Below, one piece after another: positions 46,001 to 52,781 of a DNA stretch of 52,781 nucleotides (positions are counted from its first letter, which is position 1; the number at the start of each line of letters is the position of its first letter). Under the pieces are notes generated by a model. That model worked only from the letters and a program-made list of their open reading frames with translations. It ran no database searches and was not told where the DNA came from. The stretch spans positions 1-52,781 of the forward strand of contig JAUSFL010000040.1 in NCBI GenBank assembly GCA_030649735.1. The letters are read 5' to 3'. A program made the position numbers and the translations under genes. This DNA comes from Candidatus Iainarchaeum sp. Lineage in GTDB: Archaea; Iainarchaeota; Iainarchaeia; Iainarchaeales; UBA10191.

Positions 46001-47623
46001 ACTAATGTTGCGGGGCAATCGACTGCAAAAGCCGCTGATGCAAAAGCGCAAGGCCTTTCGCCTGAAGAATTGCAGCAAAAGCAAGGCGGCCAAGGCGTTG
46101 TAAAGAATGCCGCGGACCAAATTCAGGCAAGCACTGACAAAATAGTGAATCAAATCCAAGACAAGGATATTTTAGAGGCTTTGTTCACGACTCAAGGCAG
46201 TGCTTCAGGCCAGGCTTTCTTTAACGCGCTCTTTTGGTTCTGGATTGAAGGAACAGACTTGTCGCCTACAAAATACAGGACTGACGGCGTGACAAACTAT
46301 GTTGACTCTAAAGGAAACACTTTGAAATCCGACTATAAGGAAGGCAAGATTTCATTGAATGGAGAAGTCTTGGTGAACGAGGACGGCTCAAGGCCTGAAT
46401 TGCAAAGAATGGAAGGATTGAATTTGGCAATTCCTGCAAAGGAAGTTCCGCAAAGGCTTACTTCAATGAGAATGTCAGGCGACAGGACTTTAATGTTTGA
46501 AATGCTAGCAAATGGAGAAATGTACATTAGCGATCCGCAAGTTCGGGGCTGCATTGAAACTGCGGTCATGGAGCAGACTGGAGTAAGGCTTTACTCTGAC
46601 AATTTGGCCCAAACTTTCGGGTTTGTGACTTCAATAGAAACTGAAAACTCGACAGTAACCCCAAAAGCCACTGGCATTATTGTTGAAGGCCCATTAAGGT
46701 TTATTGCCGAAGGCGCTGGCTCTAAAGCGCAAATTTTTGGGAACAGGGACGTTAATGTAATTGACGAGCGTGGATTAATTGTCCGGGCCGGATTGCTCAG
46801 CAGCATTGTGTTCGAGAATGGAGTAATGGTTTACAATACTCAAACAAAAGAGCTTATCATTTGGCTAAAGCATCATAAAATGGCAACTCCGTCATTCAGT
46901 GACGTGAAAGGATTGAAGGCTACTTTGACAACAGACAAGAATCCATTAACTAATTGCGACGAGCCTGCAATCGACCTGTCTTTGATGGCTAATAAAGAGT
47001 CAGGCCTAAGCACTGAAAAAGTGGAGAACTTCAATGCTGGCACGAAATTGAACGGCCCTTTCAAGGTTTTTGAAACAGACAAGGCAATTTTCACGTTTTA
47101 TGCAGAGCCTCCTGACTGCCAGCCGCGCTTTAGAATGGTTGATAAGGCAACAGGCAATGTTACTGACGAGGCAATAGTGCCTGGAAGCTTGAAGCAAACT
47201 CCCACTGGAATACAATTCCAGACAATTGACAAGGCAGGGAACATAAAAAACCAGACAATGGATTTTTCAGCGCCTGACGGAAAGCCAATCCTAACATATA
47301 ATGGAGTTCCTCAAAACTTGCTTTCAGCGCAGGGAAAGAACGGCTCTTTCTACTTTAATCCAGACACTGGACAGTATTATTCAGAAAACGGCCAGTTCAT
47401 TCCATTAAACAACCAATTCAAGCAGGGAATTTCCCCACGCGTCAATCCTGACGGAACAGTCTCTGGAGTTCCGGGACAAAACATTTTCGCCCCGCAAATT
47501 GGCAGCGGAAGCAATAGTAACGGATTATTGAACCTGCCTTCAATGCCTCAAGAACTCTTGATTTTTTTGCTGTTTGTTTCAGCAATCACTGCCTCAATAG
47601 TCTTGATTAGAATTAGGAAATAA
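43076..47623 (+). CDS. Large secreted surface protein (about 1515 aa) with C-terminal motif-TM-basic sorting signal
   Basis: Sec-type signal peptide (..VLLILILFAPQLSLAA); C-terminus LLNLPSMPQE-LLIFLLFVSAITASIVLI-RIRK; the start may be TTG 43085 after AGGTG. Confidence 0.85.
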   Translation: MFFLLEKLNAVLLILILFAPQLSLAATDASGNSGPNANAGTPDITLPSNAANYQPTIPDNSLNSNPSSCRLTALTDSEAQKLLDLRKKVNTFDELNSGTPANTQRKTLENNKALIPDAQGDLALKQEFPNKEIKLDEIAFILNLKGKGAFAFGVVLNDTLRVGTCKGDKTNPGACPVRDKGLTFKNDGTGIVTDFKSAFDFSSAFGDTKQKPISQSALDTMAIEAELQNPNPVEAKEGDLSALKDSSIQVKTASRIPGNVLNNRVEAQNFTASMGTTCQNGACVINIYSLFDKYFNSMFSANLVISNLAPTLIGKTAYLFGTAESRGWQFPFQQKISSWTKGNVSTYLKPTEVRKGTMQRFDFIQNKYDFGGLGTIDLYIDQKKGTLLSDGAFAGWKEKFFQEGAQKITTYEARRKFVDQAMDVYKYSQVNQQMKQFVMDELAAGRLTKIEAGRKMAEIAADWDSATHLNLKDWFMQNDRHGLVDAYVKPMVGGAAVDNPIKISAFNTPTYVFDDFITNGRFGAKVEADAAGALKLYKINPVGNPIATGVPFDTLEASVRAGQYANQLAAVRLNNGSFVSATADNLEYIRTNTAGTVDVFAAKITDAGILTPDEMAGRVMDLLPSRLESANRNMGKLKDILREHGWASRKYFSLLDKQMLEEQQLLKSYLGSIKGAAKWTAYPFMYSWAKKGVNFQDVSIYRLPQTWSEITFTQGTDKLYNDAFIDFFSNAGSDQGDIFTQMLNVLPWKSLVLDPLAEKTPYANIWNTISGKGFRSKSENLAFFVYGAQKKCSTCTAGIQSKDGKEGSLTFTTNENLNSFLFEYPSSTAAKKSGQTLIAYAHHTNMQGKDSSGKGNEINPVNAIADKKTCTDAVKESGLGFGYDIGAQGAAAVLGAGESLGYYLFGPVGMIGSAIQQVYFAPQFNGCIDDREGYFIHYFVPADSSKKAASSSAIAGAEKASSIIESGQKTVTDLLTNVAGQSTAKAADAKAQGLSPEELQQKQGGQGVVKNAADQIQASTDKIVNQIQDKDILEALFTTQGSASGQAFFNALFWFWIEGTDLSPTKYRTDGVTNYVDSKGNTLKSDYKEGKISLNGEVLVNEDGSRPELQRMEGLNLAIPAKEVPQRLTSMRMSGDRTLMFEMLANGEMYISDPQVRGCIETAVMEQTGVRLYSDNLAQTFGFVTSIETENSTVTPKATGIIVEGPLRFIAEGAGSKAQIFGNRDVNVIDERGLIVRAGLLSSIVFENGVMVYNTQTKELIIWLKHHKMATPSFSDVKGLKATLTTDKNPLTNCDEPAIDLSLMANKESGLSTEKVENFNAGTKLNGPFKVFETDKAIFTFYAEPPDCQPRFRMVDKATGNVTDEAIVPGSLKQTPTGIQFQTIDKAGNIKNQTMDFSAPDGKPILTYNGVPQNLLSAQGKNGSFYFNPDTGQYYSENGQFIPLNNQFKQGISPRVNPDGTVSGVPGQNIFAPQIGSGSNSNGLLNLPSMPQELLIFLLFVSAITASIVLIRIRK

Positions 47624-47624
47624 T

Positions 47625-48398
47625 TCAAAGAGAATCTAGCAATTCTTCAAAACCATTTTTTTTGTTTTTTACTGCCTCAAGCTGTTCAATGATTTCTGCA
47701 GGTCTTTCCTGGAATTCATTGAAAAGCCTTGAAAGTTTTGCAACCCGGGATTCTGCCTTTTTAAGATCCTTTTCAAGCTCGCCTTTCTTGTAAATATAGG
47801 CTTCTTGGCGTTCATTCTTCCAGCTTCGTCTTGGAGGCGAAGGAGGGCCGTTAAGATATGCGTACTTTTTAAGATAAACTCCAGTCAATGGAGATATCAT
47901 AAAACCGGATTTTACCCAGTTTTTCAGAACCCTGAGCTTTCTCCAAATGTTCGCAAGCCTTACTCTTGTTTTCATAAAACGCTTTTTGCCTGCTTTTTCA
48001 AGGCTTTCCAAAGTTTTCGCGTCACGCACTTCTGGGTTCCTGTTTCCCATTACCCTAACTTGCCCTTCAGCATCTCTTAATGCAGCCTGAAGGCTTTTCA
48101 AATAGTCTCGCGCGATCACTCGCTGCCTTTCAGGATTCATTCCCTTAATGTTTTGCTCGCTGACCAATCTCTTGACAAAGCCAGAAAGGCTTTCTTCAGC
48201 AACAGCTTGCGCTGCTTGACTGTCGGCTTTTTCTTGCGCTTGCCTTGCGTGAATTGTTGCCTCGCTTTCCCTATTGCCGTTAAATTTTTCTCTAATTTTG
48301 GCTTCTGCCCCGTGAACTTGCAAATCCACTTCAAAAGGCCTTTCATGATAGTGGACTATTTGCTTTCTTTTAGGCCCATAAATGTGGGTTTGCTCCAC
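47625..48398 (-). CDS. Hypothetical basic coiled-coil protein (257 aa or longer)
   Basis: Open frame with helical charged composition; start uncertain (see finding on the ATT start). Confidence 0.6.
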   Translation of the reverse strand: MEQTHIYGPKRKQIVHYHERPFEVDLQVHGAEAKIREKFNGNRESEATIHARQAQEKADSQAAQAVAEESLSGFVKRLVSEQNIKGMNPERQRVIARDYLKSLQAALRDAEGQVRVMGNRNPEVRDAKTLESLEKAGKKRFMKTRVRLANIWRKLRVLKNWVKSGFMISPLTGVYLKKYAYLNGPPSPPRRSWKNERQEAYIYKKGELEKDLKKAESRVAKLSRLFNEFQERPAEIIEQLEAVKNKKNGFEELLDSL

Positions 48399-48463
48399 AA
48401 TTTTCGGAACGCGCTGCCTTTTCCTTGCGACTGGGGCTCTTGGCGGAATTCAATTCACCTTTT

Positions 48464-48682
48464 TTACCTTAATTTAATCTTTCTTTTGCCTAGCAGGTAA
48501 GTTCCGCTCACTTTTGTCGGAGCGCCTTTCACGCGAAAGTCCAAAATGTTTTTTCCTTCAACATAGTTCACTTTGTTGATTCTGTCAGGCCCCCTGAACT
48601 TTGTGTTTGTTGTTAGGGCAAATGGCTTTTTCTTTGCTGGCGCAGCCCTTGCTGCCGGTCTTCTTGCTGGTCTTGCTGGCAT
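48464..48682 (-). CDS. Small very basic protein (72 aa)
   Basis: MPARPARRPAARAAPAKKKP...; strong AGGAGG SD upstream. Confidence 0.65.
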   Translation of the reverse strand: MPARPARRPAARAAPAKKKPFALTTNTKFRGPDRINKVNYVEGKNILDFRVKGAPTKVSGTYLLGKRKIKLR

Positions 48683-48710
48683 ATTCTAAATCCCTCCTTA
48701 ATGGATTTTT

Positions 48711-49463
48711 TTAAGCGTACATTGGCGCTTGGTCCTCGAACTTTTGAACGTCATCATGGGTTTCTTTCAACTTGTCCAATTGCTTAATGAGCTCTTTTTC
48801 TGTTTCCTTGGCTTCTTTCATCAAAGGCTCGACGTTAATGTTCCAACTCATCACTTCATTAAGTTTTTTCAATAATTCAGCAGCTGCCTTGTAGTCTGCG
48901 CCGATTTTAATGCTGCCTAAAAGGCTAATTGCCTCAATGTTCTTGTCGTCCTTTAATTCAAGCATCATCAGTGCAGTGACTCCAGTCGTGATTCCTTCCT
49001 TAATCAATTGGATTTTATGGTCTTGCAATAGCTTTTTTGAGGCTTCATTGCTTGCAATGCCGTAAATCTTGAATTCCTTGCTGTCGGGTTCGCTTCCAAT
49101 CCCGCTTAAGGAAATTATTCTTTTGATTCTTCTATCTCTCACCCAGTCAACAATCTTTTCAGCAACCACTTGCGTGTGCTGTTTTTGGATTATTTGCTCG
49201 GAAATCAAGACAACGAGCTTTGCGCTTTCGTTAACGTAAATTCTTGAAGGCCTTACTGGCAGCCCGTCATGAATCCTGATTATTGGCATGAAAGAGTCCG
49301 CGTGAATGTAGCCGATTTCCTTAAAATCCATTTTTTCAACCAGGTATTTTGCGGCAATCGTGCCAACTAATCCCATTCCTGGAAATCCTTCAATCAAAGT
49401 GAAATCTTCCATTTTCACTGAAGGGCCTGTTTCAACAATGCTTACTTCAACTTTACTGCTCAT
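48711..49463 (-). CDS. PAC2 family proteasome assembly chaperone (PbaA/PbaB-like)
   Basis: LIEGFPGMGLVGTIAAKYLV signature; C-terminal hydrophobic-Tyr-X (MYA) proteasome-binding tail. Confidence 0.9.
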   Translation of the reverse strand: MSSKVEVSIVETGPSVKMEDFTLIEGFPGMGLVGTIAAKYLVEKMDFKEIGYIHADSFMPIIRIHDGLPVRPSRIYVNESAKLVVLISEQIIQKQHTQVVAEKIVDWVRDRRIKRIISLSGIGSEPDSKEFKIYGIASNEASKKLLQDHKIQLIKEGITTGVTALMMLELKDDKNIEAISLLGSIKIGADYKAAAELLKKLNEVMSWNINVEPLMKEAKETEKELIKQLDKLKETHDDVQKFEDQAPMYA

Positions 49464-49541
49464 TAGAAAAACCTCTCAACTGCTATCTCAAAAGCGCATT
49501 AAAAGAAACGCTTTCGAGATTTAAAAAGGAAACTGTGAGCT

Positions 49542-50459
49542 TTAAAGCGCTCCTGCAATATAGAATGCGGCAAGGCCTGCTGGAATCAAAAGCGCTGCGT
49601 AAATCACGCTTTTTTTCAGGTTGCTGTCAATGAATGCGGCAAAAATACTTGCAAGAATCGCAAACTCTATTATGTAGAGTTGGGATGTTGTCAGCGCTGT
49701 TTGAATCAATTCTTTCCTTTGCGCTTCCGCAAGCCCGATGCCTAGTTCTGAAACTTGCGCGAAATCAAATCCTTTAATCAATCCGGAAATCAAGCCCAAA
49801 ACCAAAGGCACTATTAATGCTCCGGCAAACAGCAAGGTCATTTTTTGCAGAGCAAGCGCAGCGCTTCTTTCCTTCAAAATCGTGCGCGTTTCAATAATGT
49901 CTTCCGCGGTTTCGCGAAACACTGAACTCAAGTCATTTCCTGACTCAAATCCTTGCTTCAAAAGCAATGCCATTCTCTCTACAATTGGGGAATTGCATCT
50001 TTTTGAAATATTGCCCAATGCTTCCTGCACTGCCGCGCCTTTTTCAACTTCCAATTTTGCTTTCTCGAATTCCTTGCTCAATGAGCCAAAATCCTGCCTT
50101 GAAAGGTATTCTGCAATGTTTGAAAAGCTCGAGTTTGAAGGCATTGAAGCAGCCTGCAAAAGCACGTCCGGAACTGCCTCTTCAATTTCGCGCTTGCGCT
50201 TTTCAAAAACAAGGCTTTGAAAAAAATAATTTGCAAATAATGGGACAATGAATGCAATTATTGGAAGCGCGAAAAGGAATTCTTCTCCCAATTGCAGTTC
50301 AAAAGCAAGCGCAAGCCCAAGCAAGAGAATCAGCGCGCCTTCAGCAAGCGAGCTTTCAAAAAACTTTTTCAGGCTATTGCGCGGATTGTTTTGCAAAAGC
50401 ATTGCCTCAAAGTCTTCTGCCTTTTCCTTTCCAAAAAATTTTTCAATCATTTTTCTCAC
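49542..50459 (-). CDS. Type II secretion system F family protein (TadB/TadC-like)
   Basis: EIEEAVPDVLLQAAS...FGSLSKEFEKAKLEVEKGAAVQEAL...GFESG followed by TM helices. Confidence 0.87.
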   Translation of the reverse strand: MRKMIEKFFGKEKAEDFEAMLLQNNPRNSLKKFFESSLAEGALILLLGLALAFELQLGEEFLFALPIIAFIVPLFANYFFQSLVFEKRKREIEEAVPDVLLQAASMPSNSSFSNIAEYLSRQDFGSLSKEFEKAKLEVEKGAAVQEALGNISKRCNSPIVERMALLLKQGFESGNDLSSVFRETAEDIIETRTILKERSAALALQKMTLLFAGALIVPLVLGLISGLIKGFDFAQVSELGIGLAEAQRKELIQTALTTSQLYIIEFAILASIFAAFIDSNLKKSVIYAALLIPAGLAAFYIAGAL

Positions 50460-51199
50460 TTTCCCTTCAAAAACTCCGGAGTTTTTTCAAGCACCAATAG
50501 TATCACAAAAGCGTCCAAGACTGGAAATGCAACTGCGCCAATGAGCAAGACTTGAAGCGGAGAGAACTCCAAGTCCAAAAAAGCGCTTCCAACAATCACG
50601 AAAGACTGGAAGAGCGCCGGAATTACAGCGCTTATTGTAATGAAAAGCAGCGAAAACAGCGCGAGCTTTGAGTTGAATTCCTTGCTTTCAATCCTTTGCC
50701 TTGCCAAAAGCTCCGAGGCAAGCTTTTTCAAGTTTTCAGCAGAGGCCTTCCTGCTTCCCTGCTCGAATGCTGCAATCAACTGGCTGATCGCGCGCTTTAA
50801 TTGCGTTGAACTGTAGCTTTCTGAAAAATGCAGCAATGCTTCCTGCACGCTTGCCCCGGACTGTTTCACTTCAGCCAATGCTTTTTTGAGGCCGTCAGAG
50901 AACAGCCCGTGATTTTGCCGTGCTGCATTCTCCAAGACTTTCTCAAAGTCTGAATTATAGCCAAGTTCAGAGCTTATTGAAAGCAATGCGAAAGGCAGGC
51001 TTTTTTCCAAAACTCTCGCTTTTTTTGCGGCCTTTCTTTTTCCTGAAGTCAAAAGCCAGAATGCAAAAGCCCCTGAAGCAAAGACTGCAAGCCCTGCCGC
51101 GAGCAAAAAATCATTCAGTACTGCGCTTGCAGCAAACCAAACTCCAAAAAAGCAAACCAGGATTTTTGGCAGTTCTTTCTGCTTGAGCAAGGAATTCAT
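50456..51199 (-). CDS. Type II secretion system F family protein (TadB/TadC-like)
   Basis: LEKSLPFALLSISSEL...HGLFSDGLKKALAEVKQSGASVQEAL...AFEQG plus TM helices; 4-bp overlap with the next gene. Confidence 0.87.
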   Translation of the reverse strand: MNSLLKQKELPKILVCFFGVWFAASAVLNDFLLAAGLAVFASGAFAFWLLTSGKRKAAKKARVLEKSLPFALLSISSELGYNSDFEKVLENAARQNHGLFSDGLKKALAEVKQSGASVQEALLHFSESYSSTQLKRAISQLIAAFEQGSRKASAENLKKLASELLARQRIESKEFNSKLALFSLLFITISAVIPALFQSFVIVGSAFLDLEFSPLQVLLIGAVAFPVLDAFVILLVLEKTPEFLKGK

Positions 51200-51202
51200 G
51201 GT

Positions 51203-51628
51203 TCACGCCTGCCTGTTGAGCGCTTTGAAAAACTCCTCAAAGCCCATTCCTTTCTTTGAAAGCCTTTCAATCAATTGCGTTCTTTCAGAAAGCGCTTTGG
51301 AAAAAAGTTCTTCTTCGTCAGGCCGTCCGGCTGTTTTCAAGAATTTGTCCAGAATCCTTTGGCTTTTGTTCTTTCTTTCAAGGCAGTCTTTTGAAAAATT
51401 GAATTCAAACAGAACATTCAGCACTGGCTTTCCTTCTTTTTCCAGGACTTCAGCAATTTCAGTGATTCTTCTTTTCTCAATTCGCGAGCTTTCAAGCATT
51501 GAAGTCCAGCGCCTTTGAACTATGATTAAATCCAATGCCAAAAGGTCGATTTCCAAAACCCCGAGCTTTTTCAAGCGAGTGATTGCATCGCGCGTGCTTT
51601 GCGCGTGAAAAGTGCAGTAGCTTCCCTT
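51203..51628 (-). pseudogene. C-terminal fragment of a second TadA/CpaF-type secretion ATPase, lacking Walker A and B and truncated by the adjacent integrative element
   Basis: KGSYCTFHAQS (His box), LLALDLIIVQRR and KRRITEIAEV align with GTIHGDS, FKATDLVVVARP and VRRVSQVTEV of the intact ATPase at 28330; lies directly upstream of two T2SSF genes. Confidence 0.78.
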
Positions 51629-51646
51629 ATCTTCCTTTTCAAGTCG

Positions 51647-51655
51647 TTTTATAAG
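51647..51655 (+). promoter_or_regulatory. TATA box (ttttataag) for a probably leaderless integrase transcript
   Basis: Located about 23-30 bp upstream of ATG 51678. Confidence 0.5.
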
Positions 51656-51677
51656 CATTTCTGTTATTCTTTCTCTT

Positions 51678-52781
51678 ATGCTTGAGGGAATGGATTATTA
51701 CGCGAAATCTAGCAAGCGTGCTGATGTTTTGCTAGCGAGATTATTGCATACTCCGCACCCTGCTTGGGCTAAGGAAAAATCTCGTTATTATTTGGACTTG
51801 CCGGAAGAAAACTGCAAGGCAGTTTTGGCTTTCAATAACGAGTACATTAGTCGCGGCGTTACTGCTGGCGCGAGAATTCATTACTTGCGTTTTTTTGAAG
51901 CGTTTTGTTCTTTCTGCAAGAAGCCTTTCAGTCAAGTTTCAAAGCAGGATATCTTGGATTTCGTGCGCTATGTTGTTGAAGAGGGAAAGTCAAAGAATTC
52001 CGGAAAGCCATTATCCAAGTCTACAATTAGGCATTACAAGACTGCAATGAAATACTTTTTTGTAAAATTTTATGAAAACAACAAGACTGTTGAGAGAGAT
52101 GCTAGGGGAATTCCATTAATGGTTTCTTGGATAAAGCGCGAGAAAAGAGACGAAGTCCTCAAAAGGCCCGAAGACATGCTGACTCAAGCTCAAGTAAAAT
52201 CACTAATTGAAGCTTGCGATAACCCTCGCGATAAAGCAATGATTTCAGTCCTTTATGAAGGCGCGTTAAGAGCCAGTGAATTACTGGACATGACTAATGA
52301 CTCAGTAAAACTAGACAAGTATGGCGCGATAATTTCAGTCAAAGGAAAAACAGGCCAGAGAACAATTCGCTTGATAAATTCAGTTCCAGACCTGACAATT
52401 TGGCTAAACTGTCACCCACTAAAGAATGAAGAAAGTTTTTACTTGTGGACTGCCATTAGGAAAAGAGTTCCCAGAGACTTTGAAAGCTCTAAAGTCAAAA
52501 CCCAATTTCACTATTATGGAGAAAGACTCCGCATTAAAGGCTTAGAAAACTTGGTTTGGAAATTAAAAAAAAGAGTTGGCTTGAAGAAAAGAGTTCACCC
52601 GCACTTGCTCAGGCACATTCGTTTGACTGAATTGGCTAAAAAGCTCACTGAACAAGAACTCAAAATGTTTGCTGGCTGGACTCCAGAAAGCAGAATGGCA
52701 AGTCAATACGTTCACTTGTCAGGTAGAGACATTGACAACTCAATACTCCGCATCAACGGCATTTCAGACATTGCCCAACAG
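51678..52781 (+). CDS. Tyrosine recombinase/integrase, archaeal type, partial (runs off the window)
   Basis: Translated by hand (absent from the ORF track because it has no stop): MLEGMDYY...RDKAMISVLYEGALRASELL...VKGKTGQR...VHPHLLRH...FAGWTPESRMASQYVHLSG; catalytic R, K, HxxR, W and Y present. Confidence 0.93.
   Translation, partial: MLEGMDYYAKSSKRADVLLARLLHTPHPAWAKEKSRYYLDLPEENCKAVLAFNNEYISRGVTAGARIHYLRFFEAFCSFCKKPFSQVSKQDILDFVRYVVEEGKSKNSGKPLSKSTIRHYKTAMKYFFVKFYENNKTVERDARGIPLMVSWIKREKRDEVLKRPEDMLTQAQVKSLIEACDNPRDKAMISVLYEGALRASELLDMTNDSVKLDKYGAIISVKGKTGQRTIRLINSVPDLTIWLNCHPLKNEESFYLWTAIRKRVPRDFESSKVKTQFHYYGERLRIKGLENLVWKLKKRVGLKKRVHPHLLRHIRLTELAKKLTEQELKMFAGWTPESRMASQYVHLSGRDIDNSILRINGISDIAQQ

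Larger units (their letters stand above)
51629..52781. mobile_element. Left end of an integrative element (provirus or integrated plasmid) inserted in a pilus ATPase gene
   Basis: Integrase starts about 50 bp from the point where ATPase similarity stops. Confidence 0.65.

Noticed and set aside
51629-51658. In-frame ATG giving MLIKRLEKED on the ATPase fragment, as if the element restored the gene
   Set aside because: It overlaps the integrase TATA box, and the product would still lack Walker A/B, so it is probably fortuitous

Overview
Gene-dense archaeal DNA. Evidence for archaeal origin: class III (KGQ/RGQ/KAQ) pilin leaders, a PAC2 proteasome chaperone, an archaeal-type tyrosine integrase, GGTGA ribosome-binding sites, TATA boxes and oligo-T terminators. 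The gene style suggests a DPANN lineage such as Diapherotrites/Iainarchaeota, which is an inference. Nearly the whole window is one cell-envelope locus. It holds three paralogous giant (2572-2791 aa) N-terminally anchored surface proteins, one ending in a lysozyme-fold GH73-like glucosaminidase (peptidoglycan hydrolase) domain. It also holds an archaeosortase/exosortase with a plausible 1515-aa substrate carrying an LPSMP-TM-basic C-terminus, a type IV pilus/Tad module (ATPase, double T2SSF platform protein, about 8 pilin-like proteins), and a lipid-anchored subtilase with a dockerin-like tail lying between the ATPase and platform genes. A second Tad module (two T2SSF genes) has an ATPase gene that appears cut just before the His box by an integrative element whose integrase runs off the window end. 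Best candidate for a new system: a pilus-associated giant-protein host attachment/penetration apparatus with a bacterial-wall-degrading tip. No CRISPR, rRNA or tRNA was seen.
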